Below, one piece after another: positions 27,894 through 36,715 of a DNA stretch of 64,000 bases (its first letter is position 1; every line of letters starts with the position of its first letter). The stretch lies in IMG/VR virus record IMGVR_UViG_3300046791_000499, positions 32,001 through 96,000 of that record; one strand, written 5' to 3'. The DNA is from a virus. Position numbers and translations under genes: made by a program. The notes under the pieces are model-generated. The model was not told the origin of the DNA, made no database searches, and saw nothing but the letters and a program-made list of their open reading frames with translations.

Positions 27894-27958
27894 GGCTCCG
27901 GGTGAACAGCAGCCCCGCGGGGATCTTCCCGGGGCGCGGATCTGCGCGCGTTCGGAAT

Positions 27959-28390
27959 GTGCCGGCCTCGGCCGCGGTCGAGCACGTCGTGACCGTGAGC
28001 AACGCAACGATCCGAGAATTGGAGGAGGCTGCGAGCGCAGCCGTCCAGGCGATGAACGACAAGGCCGACATGCTCGAGCGCGAGGGCCACGGCGCCGCCG
28101 CCCAAAGCCTGCGCCTGGCTGCCGTCACCTTGGACCTGGCCGGGACCGAATGCTCACGCGAGCGTCTCGGCTCCGAGTCCGAGCTGCGCGAGGAGGTTGA
28201 AGCCGAGCGCTTGGGCTCCAATGAGATCGCCACCGCGCTGCAAACTGCCCGCGAGCTGAATCACAACATCCGGGTGGGGCAGTTGATGGTGGTCGCCTCG
28301 GGCAACGAGCAAGAGACCCGACGCCTGTTCTACATGAGCGACGTCGACCTGGCTGCTGCCTTGCGCTCGACGGGGAAGATCGGCCGATGA
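27959..28390 (+). CDS. hypothetical helical protein
   Basis: First gene of a divergent plus-strand block. Confidence 0.5.
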   Translation: MPASAAVEHVVTVSNATIRELEEAASAAVQAMNDKADMLEREGHGAAAQSLRLAAVTLDLAGTECSRERLGSESELREEVEAERLGSNEIATALQTARELNHNIRVGQLMVVASGNEQETRRLFYMSDVDLAAALRSTGKIGR

Positions 28391-28668
28391 CCCGAGAACT
28401 ATCCGAGGGCGTGTGCGCGGCGACCGGGCGCATCCTCGCGTTCCTCCAAGCCCGGCCGGCATCGACCGAGGAACTTGCGGAGAAATCATCGAAGCCAACG
28501 GTTCACCGAGCACTCCGAGCCATGCGTGCCGCGGGGGCAGAGCTGACCTTCAACCGCATGACCGGGACGTGGGCGCTCGTGAAGCCATGGTCGCGACCGC
28601 CATCGCTGCTCACCCGCGCCGAACTCGTGGCAATTGCTGAGCGACGATCGGAGGATGGACGGCGATGA
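28387..28668 (+). CDS. winged-helix DNA-binding protein
   Basis: RILAFLQARPASTEELAE..SKPTVHRALRAMRAAGAEL..W.L. Confidence 0.6.
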   Translation: MTRELSEGVCAATGRILAFLQARPASTEELAEKSSKPTVHRALRAMRAAGAELTFNRMTGTWALVKPWSRPPSLLTRAELVAIAERRSEDGRR

Positions 28669-28859
28669 AGGTGACCTCGATCCATGTGGCTTTCCTCCGC
28701 CGGCTCGACGATGGCGAGCGCATCTCAGCCGAGTGGGTGGCTCCCGAGTTGGCCGATCTCGCGATATGGGGGCTTGCGTCTTGGGCTGACGACATCGCCA
28801 TCACGCCGGCAGGCCGGGCCGCGCTCGCGCTCTACGAGATGGCGAGGCAGCAGACATGA
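28665..28859 (+). CDS. small hypothetical protein
   Basis: GGAGG RBS; ITPAGRAAL wing motif. Confidence 0.55.
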   Translation: MKVTSIHVAFLRRLDDGERISAEWVAPELADLAIWGLASWADDIAITPAGRAALALYEMARQQT

Positions 28860-30019
28860 AGGCCAGCCACGGCGAGGCGCTGGTACGGTGGCGCGAGCAG
28901 GCGGCTCAGATGATCGTGCGCTCCGGCGCTTGCTGGAACGTCATGACCGGACCCATCCACGGCATACACGATCGGACCGTGACCGCGGTGCTCGACGGCT
29001 CGATCCGGTTCGACGTCGAACGCGTCCGAACCAAGTGCGAGAAGCTCATCGCGGAGAGCAAGGCCGCCGAGGAGACGTGGGTCGTGTACACCGACTGGCT
29101 GCGAGCGTGCGGCTGGCACGAGGGCCTGGTCGCCGAAACGTACCAGCGCATGTTCCAGCACTTGCCCACGCGGTCCAAGGCCGAACGCCTCGCGCGAACG
29201 GCCATCCTGCGCGCTGGCGTCGGCCTTCTCGGGCGTTGCTTCGGTCCCGAGCACGAGGCCCTGCGCGACCTGTGGGCGGCCGGACCCGGCCAAGGCAAGC
29301 GGCCGGTGATGCCTGCCGACGCGATCGCCACCGCTCGAACCGCTCGACGCTTGCTCGCCACGCTCGAAGGTCGATGCCCGTGGGCTCGCCTCGCGAGCGC
29401 GCAGTCGAGCAGGTGCAAGACCTGCCATGGCGAGGGCGAGTTCTTCTCGACCGCGGCGCCTCGAGACGAGCATGGGATCATGGGCATGGCGAAGTGCCCA
29501 GAGTGCCGCACGACCGGCCACAACCTAGCCGGGTTCCTCCCGCCGCTCGAGCACACGCCGGCTCTCCTCCGCCACGCGCGGGACATTCAAGACCGGGCTC
29601 GACCCGGCCGCGGCTTGCCACGGTGGATGCTCGCCCTCGGGGTCACCACGGCGGACGCCACACGGTGGAAGGGCGAGACCCGTGTCGGGATGCGGCGCGG
29701 CGCGAGCGAAGAGTTGCCCGATGACCAACGCGTGGCCGAGCGGGAGCGCCACCGCGATCTTCTCGCGCATCGGTCAATGGAAGGGCACACCACCCGCCAG
29801 ATCGAAGGCGAGATCCGGCATCTGCGGATCCAGGTCGAGCGAGCCCACCATCGCATCCAACGAGGCGCCGAAGACGAATGGTGGCAGCGGATCCGCGCGA
29901 CGGTCGATCCGATCCTGGCCGGCACCGAGAGGCCGCGCCGGGAGAGCGATCCGGCCACGGTCATCCTGCCCGGCCAGATCCGCCCGATCTCGGTCTCCGC
30001 CACGTTCGAGATCGAGTAG
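28856..30019 (+). CDS. hypothetical protein with DnaJ-type Zn finger
   Basis: CKTCHGEG ... CPECRTTG. Confidence 0.6.
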   Translation: MKASHGEALVRWREQAAQMIVRSGACWNVMTGPIHGIHDRTVTAVLDGSIRFDVERVRTKCEKLIAESKAAEETWVVYTDWLRACGWHEGLVAETYQRMFQHLPTRSKAERLARTAILRAGVGLLGRCFGPEHEALRDLWAAGPGQGKRPVMPADAIATARTARRLLATLEGRCPWARLASAQSSRCKTCHGEGEFFSTAAPRDEHGIMGMAKCPECRTTGHNLAGFLPPLEHTPALLRHARDIQDRARPGRGLPRWMLALGVTTADATRWKGETRVGMRRGASEELPDDQRVAERERHRDLLAHRSMEGHTTRQIEGEIRHLRIQVERAHHRIQRGAEDEWWQRIRATVDPILAGTERPRRESDPATVILPGQIRPISVSATFEIE

Positions 30020-30057
30020 GCCCGGAATGCGCCCGCGTTCACGCCGGTCTGGCGAGC

Positions 30058-30360
30058 ATGGGCAAGCCTCCGACCCTCGCCGCGAACGAGCACCGCCGCG
30101 TCAGCACCAACCTCGCAAGCCGACCTCGGTGGATCCGCATCGGCGAGAGGCTTGGCTATCTCCAACTGCTCGGCGTCGACAGCATGGAGGGCTTCGACTG
30201 CGCGCTCGCGCGCGGCCTCGACTACATCGGGCACCCATGGTTCTGGTGGTTCGACACGATGGAGCACACGCATGGCCACCCCTGGCACGTCTCGTTCGTG
30301 TGGGTTGGGGTTCGCCGGCCGAAGAAAGCCAGGCTGGCGGAGAAGAGCCGGAAGCGATGA
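30058..30360 (+). CDS. hypothetical protein
   Basis: ATGA overlap with the XRE gene. Confidence 0.5.
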   Translation: MGKPPTLAANEHRRVSTNLASRPRWIRIGERLGYLQLLGVDSMEGFDCALARGLDYIGHPWFWWFDTMEHTHGHPWHVSFVWVGVRRPKKARLAEKSRKR

Positions 30361-30875
30361 AGGGCTTGGTGCCGCGTCCGTGCGAGACGATCTTCGGGCA
30401 TCGCCTCGACGATGTCCGCCGGGCTCGAGCCTGGACGATCGAGTACTTCGCCCTTCACTGCCGGGTCAGCCTCCGCACCATGGAAGAGTGGCTCCACTGC
30501 CGGGCCGAGCCGCTGATCGGCTACGCCTTCAAGACCGCGCTCGCGCTCGGGTACGACGTCGAGGATCTCGCAGACCCGAGCCTCGCCACGTTGCCGAAGC
30601 AGCGGCGCGAGGATGCGCCAGGCGAGTGGACCTTCGAGCCCAAGGGCAGCGTCAACAAGACGCAGTTCGGCGCGACCGTGCGCGAGGCCATCTTCGCCAG
30701 CGGCCGGACGATCAAGGACTTCGCCGAAGTCGTCGACGTGCATCGCAACGCGGTTGGAAAGTGGTGCACGAGCGCTGCCGAGCCACGGATCACGACAGCG
30801 ATGCGAGCCGCTCACGTGCTCGGGCTGAGCCTCCATGGGCTGTGCGAAGGCCGGGCGATTCCGCGCTCGCGCTGA
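30357..30875 (+). CDS. tandem (double) XRE-family HTH regulator
   Basis: Two repeats of FG..L..R..WT..FA..V...T...W....EP....A..LG. Confidence 0.75.
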   Translation: MKGLVPRPCETIFGHRLDDVRRARAWTIEYFALHCRVSLRTMEEWLHCRAEPLIGYAFKTALALGYDVEDLADPSLATLPKQRREDAPGEWTFEPKGSVNKTQFGATVREAIFASGRTIKDFAEVVDVHRNAVGKWCTSAAEPRITTAMRAAHVLGLSLHGLCEGRAIPRSR

Positions 30876-30913
30876 CCCTGGAATCACGCACGGCCGGCGC
30901 GGTTGGGGTCGGC

Positions 30914-31426
30914 ATGAGCAGCACGACCCTCTACGTGATCGAGAAAGACGGCACCCTCTCCGAGTGGACCGAGTACCGGAACGCACACGGCGTAGCACCG
31001 GCGATCTGGCATTCGCTCGCGGCGAAGTATGTGCCCGGTGTCCGACCGCTCGGGAGCAAGGATTACAGCGGGCGTGACTACCTGGACCGCGAAGTCAGTC
31101 GCGAACTCTACCGGCTGGCCAAGACGCCAGGGACCATGGCTGACTTCGAGCGCCGCGTGTACTGGACCACGCACGATCGCACGGCCGTCTCGATCGAGAA
31201 CCTGCCCTGCTACGCCGATGCCTTCGCCGAATTCGCCCGCGTCTACGGACCCGATCACGAGCGAGTCGGCTACGTCTTCCATCTCGGGCAGATGGCCGAG
31301 GACATGCGCAAGATCTACGACGAGCGAGGGGAGAAGGGCTGGCGCGGCGTCGCGTGGAACCAGACCAGCATCGAATCCACGTGGCATCAGCAAAAGCCAA
31401 CGCCGGAGATGAAACGCCGGAGATGA
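30914..31426 (+). CDS. conserved phage protein truncated or frameshifted at its 3' end
   Basis: MSSTTLYVI..EYRNAHG.APAIW..L..KY; the stop is created by a 14-bp tandem duplication. Confidence 0.6.
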   Translation: MSSTTLYVIEKDGTLSEWTEYRNAHGVAPAIWHSLAAKYVPGVRPLGSKDYSGRDYLDREVSRELYRLAKTPGTMADFERRVYWTTHDRTAVSIENLPCYADAFAEFARVYGPDHERVGYVFHLGQMAEDMRKIYDERGEKGWRGVAWNQTSIESTWHQQKPTPEMKRRR

Positions 31427-31656
31427 AACGCGCTGCCGTGAAGGCCAGGTTGCTCACCGCCGTGCCCTCGCTCGACAGTCGCGACAAGTGCTTGGCACGG
31501 ACCGACGCGCCGTGCTTGCGCTTCACCGCGCAGCGCAACGAACTGCTCTGTCGCGTGCTCTGCCACAACCTGTGTGTGCTCGTGACCTCGATGTACGAGC
31601 TCGGCATCGCGGCCGAACTGGGCGGGAAGAAGGACGGGGGCGGCCATGTCCATTGA
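31367..31656 (+). pseudogene. C-terminal relic of a DDE transposase
   Basis: SIEST...VKAR...FTAQRNELLCRVLCHNLCVLVTSMYELGI resembles the SNVESTF..K.KFG...NE.LCK.LCHN.C..I.S..ELGI transposase tail. Confidence 0.6.
31399..31431 (+). repeat. 14-bp tandem duplication (AACGCCGGAGATGA x2.4)
   Basis: Read directly at 31399-31412 and 31413-31426, plus a partial AACGC. Confidence 0.9.
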
Positions 31657-31680
31657 TCGCGGCCACCTTAAAGGTAAGCT
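31653..31680 (+). promoter_or_regulatory. sigma70-like promoter with a palindromic operator in the spacer
   Basis: TTGATC-16nt-TAAGCT; palindrome ACCTTAAAGGT at 31665-31675; GGGAGG RBS before the ATG at 31698. Confidence 0.5.
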
Positions 31681-31697
31681 CACGGGAGGCGACACCC

Positions 31698-31865
31698 ATG
31701 GGAGCGAAGAAGGAGAAGGTAACGATCACGGTCTACACGTGCGAGCGCTGCGGGGCGCGATGGTGTCCGAGGGATCCGTTCGGCCCGATCCCGGTCAAGC
31801 TCCCGGGGACGTGCGTGCGCTGCAAATCGAGGCTGTGGCAGGAGAAGCCCACCCCGGACGAGTAG
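31698..31865 (+). CDS. small Zn-ribbon protein
   Basis: CERCGARWCPR...PGTCVRCKSRLW; strong RBS. Confidence 0.7.
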   Translation: MGAKKEKVTITVYTCERCGARWCPRDPFGPIPVKLPGTCVRCKSRLWQEKPTPDE

Positions 31866-32072
31866 CGCGGCGCGACGATCACAAGCGGGTCACGTGCTCG
31901 CACTGCGGTGCGCGGGTGCTGACCCGAGGCAGCGGCGCCATGTGGGGGCACCCGGACGACGCGACCGGCGAAGCATGCCCAGGGTCCAAGACCTGGGACC
32001 GCCAACCGTGCCACTAGAGCGTATTTCGGCGGCTCCCGCGACAACCGTTCCGGGAACTGTTAGGCTGGCCGT

Positions 32073-32510
32073 GTGACCCGCGAAGATCTGGTTCTAGCCG
32101 CACTGGCACCCGCGCGAGGGCACCAGTTCACGCCCGTGCAGGTGCAGAAGTTGTTTTTCCTCATCGACAAACGCGCGGCGGCGGATGTTGGGGGGCCGCA
32201 CTTCGAGTTCAGGCCGTACGACTACGGGCCGTTCGACTCGAATGTCTACGTGGCCATCGAAGCCTTGGCAGCCCGAGGGCTCGCTGCCGTTCACCGTCCC
32301 CCAGAATTTCGGATGAAAAAGTTCCGTCTCACGCAGGATGGTCAAGCACGCGGCGACGAGGTGTTCCAGAGTCTGCCACCGGGCGTGCAGGACTTCATGA
32401 CGCGAGCCTGCGACTTCGTTCGGAACACGCCTTTCGCCGAACTCGTATCTGCTATCTACAAAGCATATCCTGAAATGCGCGAGCGGAGCGTGTTCCGCGA
32501 AATCGGATGA
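32073..32510 (+). CDS. SocA/Panacea (DUF4065)- or YwgA-like winged-helix protein
   Basis: TPVQVQKLFFL, FEFRPYDYGPF, LTQDG, LVSAIYKAYPEM; more AT-rich codons than its flanks. Confidence 0.65.
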   Translation: MTREDLVLAALAPARGHQFTPVQVQKLFFLIDKRAAADVGGPHFEFRPYDYGPFDSNVYVAIEALAARGLAAVHRPPEFRMKKFRLTQDGQARGDEVFQSLPPGVQDFMTRACDFVRNTPFAELVSAIYKAYPEMRERSVFREIG

Positions 32511-33174
32511 CCCTTCTCGTAGGCATTCGATGCCACGACGGCAGGTTGACGTCATCGGCGGTGCAATCATCATTGCCGGGACGGGTACAGTTGGACTCGG
32601 GCAGCGGTTCACCGCTGCCGCTCAGGATCTCTACGAGAGCAACGGATTCAAGGGCAAAAATCATCTTGAATGGGCAAAGACACTTTGCAGCGCAGGGATC
32701 AAGGACTTCGCAGAGACCCAGGCGCCGAAGGGGAGTTACGGAGCACTTGTCGCCTTTCGAACGAAGAAAGGCGAGCATCTTTGCGAATTCCCCGCGGAGG
32801 ATTTCCAGCCAGAACTCAAGGAAGACAAGTGCTGGTACGTGTCGATGGGGTCCGGTCAGTCGCTCGCCGACCCTTACCTTGCTTTGATGCGGCTCACGTT
32901 TTGGAAGAATGGGGCGCCGTCCCTCGTTGACGGCGTCTTCGCGGCGGCATGGGTCATGAAGCATGCCATCGAAGTCGCGCATGGGCTGATCGGGCCTCCA
33001 ATTCGCATAGCCACACTTACGAAAGACAGCGCTCGGTTGCTGTCTGATGACGAGTTGGAAGAGCATCTAAATCTCGTGGACGAGTCTCTGCGTCACTTCG
33101 CCAGCTTCGCAGAACGGCTGACTAAGTCAGCCGGGACACCTGAGCTTCCTGCGGGCCCACGATCCGGTACGTGA
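32507..33174 (+). pseudogene. proteasome-beta/Ntn-hydrolase-like protease, frameshifted by an apparent deletion near codon 12
   Basis: Frame 1 MTLLVGIRCHDG (Thr1), then -1 frame VDVIG..IIIAGTG, YVSMGSG, LIGPPIRIA; the usual VVxxAD...K segment is missing. Confidence 0.65.
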
Positions 33175-33255
33175 CCAACTCACGCCGGCCACGTGCCGCG
33201 TTCCCTGTGCATGCGGACCCACGCCTTGCTGGTCTGCTTGGCAACATTACGCCGG

Positions 33256-33498
33256 CTAGTCGGTCAGCTTGCGTCGCTTCTCGACCTCGTTCGGGCCGGT
33301 CACTCGAAATAACCACGCTCCGCGGGAGCAGGTCGCCTTCAAGAACCGCGCGCCTTCGTGGCGTCGCCCGGCGTCGCCCGGAGCCCCCTCGGTCACGGTC
33401 AGTCCTACGTCGTATCCCTCGATCGTCCAGGTCACGCCGTCGTACGGAAACGTGCTGCCCACGGGGTGGGCGGCCATGAATTTCTTTTCGTCTGACAT
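33256..33498 (-). CDS. hypothetical protein
   Basis: TATGCT -10-like element 7 nt upstream of the ATG. Confidence 0.55.
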   Translation of the reverse strand: MSDEKKFMAAHPVGSTFPYDGVTWTIEGYDVGLTVTEGAPGDAGRRHEGARFLKATCSRGAWLFRVTGPNEVEKRRKLTD

Positions 33499-33832
33499 CC
33501 GCCGAAGCATAGCCACGCGTCAGGACACGGCTCAAGTCACGCCGGCCACGTGCCCCGCTGCCGATGGTTGAGCGCCCAAGCACCGAGCGGGGAGCGGGGA
33601 ACGTCGAGCAGATCGGGCCCGCCTGCATCGCTCGCATGTGCCCGTGGGCCAGTACGGCGCGAGCTGAACCGCTGTTTCTATGCCCTTGGTGGCGTCGAGC
33701 CGCGCCAGCTAGGCGCTCCCAATGAGCCGGTCGATTCCAATTCCAGCCTCTGGCAAGAGTACGCGACCGCAGCGGATGCGCACTTTGCCGCCAACGAGCA
33801 GTGGCGAAACTGGTGGTCGCGCGCCTGAGCGA

Positions 33833-34306
33833 TCAGACCGGCCATGTTCCGCGCTCGCGGTGCTCGACCACCCACCGACCGAGCGTGCTGCGAGGGATCT
33901 CCAGGAGCCGAGCGGCCCTGCGGATCGAGCCGGCCGCACGGACGATCTGCGCGAGCAGGTCAGCCTCCATGTGGGCCCAGTCGCCGATCGCGATCACGAA
34001 CTCGTCCGGGATGCCGGGCGGATCGACACCCATCGCTCGCATGCCCGCGCCATAGGGCCCGTGAGCAAGCACGGCGCACGCCCCATCGAAGGCCATCCAC
34101 GCGGCTCGGCATGCGTCCTCGTGAGTTTTGAACCCCGCGCGAATGCACGAGCGCCGACCGACGCGGCCGATGTACAGCCAGTGATCCGGGCGCCCGTGCT
34201 CATCATCGAGATCGGCGCCCGTCATGACCTCGAATCCGTGCGGCGGTTCGATGCCGCGGCGATCCGGGAACGGCTTGGTCGCGGGCTTGGGCTTGGGCTT
34301 AGCCAC
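33833..34306 (-). CDS. protein with C-terminal Fis-like HTH
   Basis: AGSIRRAARLLEIPRSTLGRW. Confidence 0.6.
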   Translation of the reverse strand: MAKPKPKPATKPFPDRRGIEPPHGFEVMTGADLDDEHGRPDHWLYIGRVGRRSCIRAGFKTHEDACRAAWMAFDGACAVLAHGPYGAGMRAMGVDPPGIPDEFVIAIGDWAHMEADLLAQIVRAAGSIRRAARLLEIPRSTLGRWVVEHRERGTWPV

Positions 34307-34646
34307 GGCCAGACTCCACGGCCAGCTGCACGCGCAGGACCCCGACCACCGCGATGAGGATCAACTGCTCGCGCTCGGGCAGACCTCGCACGACCGTGGC
34401 CAGATCATCGGCGACACCATAGTCGTCGCAGAACAGCGCGGGCACAGGCACACCCAAGCCGCACGCGACCTTGACCATCGTGTCGAAGGACGGCGAGAAG
34501 GCCCCCTTCTCCAGCCTGCGCACCGTGTCGTGTGCCACACCGGCGAGGTCGGCTAGGGCTTCCTGCGTCAGCTTCCGATGCTTGCGCATCATGAGCAGGC
34601 GCGCGCCGAGTTGTTCATCTGTGAGGATCCGTTGGCGGTCGATCAT
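34299..34646 (-). CDS. XRE-family transcriptional regulator (possible repressor)
   Basis: LGARL..MRK.RKLTQEALADLAGVAHDTVRRLEKG.FSPSFDT..KVACGLG. Confidence 0.85.
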   Translation of the reverse strand: MIDRQRILTDEQLGARLLMMRKHRKLTQEALADLAGVAHDTVRRLEKGAFSPSFDTMVKVACGLGVPVPALFCDDYGVADDLATVVRGLPEREQLILIAVVGVLRVQLAVESGRG

Positions 34647-34829
34647 GCCGACGTCTTGGGCGGCACATCTGCGGTTGGCCACGTCGGATCGGTGTCGTTG
34701 TCTGCCACAGACCATCTAGCCAAAAGTCCAAGCGCCGCGCCAATAGTCGCGCGAATTCATGACTTCTGTCCCAAAGCCACCTGGCATCGCCGAACTCATC
34801 GAGATCGATTCAGGCAAAGCGGCCGAGGC

Positions 34830-35231
34830 TCACTCGTAGCAGGTGATCGAGCCGTCGGTGTTGCTCTGGCCGTAGTTACAGATGACCACGTAATCGTCGG
34901 GGTCGCAGTCGCCAGCGAGGCCCACGTGCACGCAGATGCCGTCGCTGTTGCAACAATGGATGATCGACGATGCCTGGCTCGGAGGGCACGGCCCGGGAGG
35001 ACAAACCACGCAGCCCTGCGCCGTTCCTCGGAACACGTCGCACCAGTTGTATGGCTCGCGGCCGAGCTTCGCCAACTTCTTCTCGAAGTCGGTAAGCGGG
35101 GGGGCGGGCGCGACTGCTGGCACAGCCTCGACCGGCGGAGCCTCGACGGACTTGACCGCGACCTTCCGGGAGTCACACGCGGTAAAGGTGGCCAGGATCA
35201 GAAGCGCGGCGGTGATGATGCGGGTGTGCAT
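34830..35231 (-). CDS. Cys-rich lipoprotein
   Basis: Signal peptide with lipobox-like FTAC, Pro-rich linker, multi-Cys C-terminal domain. Confidence 0.65.
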   Translation of the reverse strand: MHTRIITAALLILATFTACDSRKVAVKSVEAPPVEAVPAVAPAPPLTDFEKKLAKLGREPYNWCDVFRGTAQGCVVCPPGPCPPSQASSIIHCCNSDGICVHVGLAGDCDPDDYVVICNYGQSNTDGSITCYE

Positions 35232-35267
35232 GGTGGGGCGCATCATCGCCCCACCTGGGCCCGCGGG

Positions 35268-35993
35268 CTACTGCTGATCGTACCGAGCTTCGGCGCGGAG
35301 ACCGTCTAGCTCTGGCGGGATCAGCACGGATGCGTCGCAGTTGATCTTGATCGGCTCGATCTCACCATCGCCAACCCGCTTGTCCCGGGAAAGCTCACGC
35401 TTGACCAGCCAGTTGAGTCCTTCCGCGATCGCTTCATTGTTCTTGCAGTGCCTGGTCTGCTCGTCGCCGAGCCACCGGATCGTCAGCCCGAGGTTGCGGC
35501 GCATCGCTCGCTCCTTGTCGGCCTCGGCCTTCTCGAGTTTCGCCTGTCGTTCCTCGAGTTCGCTAACGTCGACAGCGGTCTGGGCTGCCATGATCTTGGC
35601 CTCGGCGATGTCGTCCGCGGACGTCAGGCTGGGTCCACCGATCGTGATCCCCAGCGACGCAAGGACTGCAGCAACGACCGGGAGCCAACCATTGCGAGGT
35701 CCGCCACCTCCGCCACCGGAGGCTGCATCTAGAAGACGATCCCTGAGAACTCGGAAGACCAGGGCTCCATCGTTCATCCGTTTGAGCTGCTCCGATGTTG
35801 GGGTCTCGCCTCGATCAACGGCGCGCCCAATCTCGGCACTGGCCTTGAAGGCGTCCTCGATCAGCGCGGATGGCGATCGGATGGACTCGCCGGGATGCGG
35901 CGCATCTTCTTCGGGTGTGGTTACTGCGCGCTTGAACGAACGACGCCGGCCACTCGATAGATCGATTGGTGCGGTGTCGTCGTCACGTGGCAC
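35268..35993 (-). CDS. membrane protein with a single TM segment and coiled coil
   Basis: TM WLPVVAAVLASLGITIGG followed by a coiled coil; TACCCT -10-like element 6 nt upstream of the GTG. Confidence 0.6.
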   Translation of the reverse strand: MPRDDDTAPIDLSSGRRRSFKRAVTTPEEDAPHPGESIRSPSALIEDAFKASAEIGRAVDRGETPTSEQLKRMNDGALVFRVLRDRLLDAASGGGGGGPRNGWLPVVAAVLASLGITIGGPSLTSADDIAEAKIMAAQTAVDVSELEERQAKLEKAEADKERAMRRNLGLTIRWLGDEQTRHCKNNEAIAEGLNWLVKRELSRDKRVGDGEIEPIKINCDASVLIPPELDGLRAEARYDQQ

Positions 35994-36102
35994 GCGGCCA
36001 GGGTAGCCCACAGGTGGGGTCGCCGTCACGTGTGAGTCTCCCACTGCCTGTCAAGCGATGATTATCCCGGCGAACGCGAAGGGCCACGCAAGGGGAGCCG
36101 GC

Positions 36103-36435
36103 TCACGGAGGAGGCACCCACGGCTTGGCGCTGCCGTCGTTGAACGTCTCGGGAGGCACGCGACGCGGAAGCACTGACCGCTCGGCTCCGCACTTGTGGC
36201 AGTCGGGTGTCGGCGCGGCTTCGGCCCAGTCTGGGATTGCGGCAACGTGCATGGCTTGGTACCCGCACGCCGTGCATTGCCCCGGGTAGGATAGCCATTC
36301 GGTCCCCGGCCACGGTCGGCGCTCCGCCATGTTGATGATGTCGGCGCCGCCGTGCCGGTTGGGATCGGTCCATTCGACCAGCACCGCAACACACTCGGCC
36401 AGCGCCTCGGCGTCTTCGTCGTCTTCGTCGATCAC
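36103..36435 (-). CDS. Zn-ribbon hypothetical protein
   Basis: CTACG ... CHKCG. Confidence 0.55.
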   Translation of the reverse strand: MIDEDDEDAEALAECVAVLVEWTDPNRHGGADIINMAERRPWPGTEWLSYPGQCTACGYQAMHVAAIPDWAEAAPTPDCHKCGAERSVLPRRVPPETFNDGSAKPWVPPP

Positions 36436-36447
36436 GGATCCCCAAGA

Positions 36448-36642
36448 CTAGTCGCCGGTGGAAGCATCGACGGCAGCAACCCCGAGTTCGACGTCACCAA
36501 CCGCGCCGCTCGCCGCCTCGGCCGTGAAGTCGCCTTTGCGAGCCCGCTTGCGTGTCTTGGCCACGCTACGCTCACAGAACTGTTCCCAGTGGGCACAATT
36601 CTCACCCTCACACCACAAAGTAATCTCGCGCGTATAGCTCAC
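36448..36642 (-). CDS. small chimeric ORF: Zn-finger-like N-terminus fused in frame to a 27-aa baseplate-protein segment
   Basis: MSYTREITLWCEGENC...RKRARKG then DFTAEAASGAVGDVELGVAAVDASTGD*. Confidence 0.5.
   Translation of the reverse strand: MSYTREITLWCEGENCAHWEQFCERSVAKTRKRARKGDFTAEAASGAVGDVELGVAAVDASTGD
36449..36532. repeat. 84-bp direct repeat, copy 1 (copy 2 at 46056-46139)
   Basis: 82/84 identical by direct comparison; both mismatches are synonymous. Confidence 0.95.
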
Positions 36643-36715
36643 AGGTTCGTGTCCTTCAACATGAGTAGTTCGTGGGCTTGGACGCCGAGCACCGATCCAC
36701 GCATACATCGCGGGT

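Noticed and set aside
31513-31527. 15-nt match TGCTTGCGCTTCACC to 18309-18323 as a templated insertion
   Set aside because: Matches of this length are expected by chance in 64 kb of GC-rich sequence.
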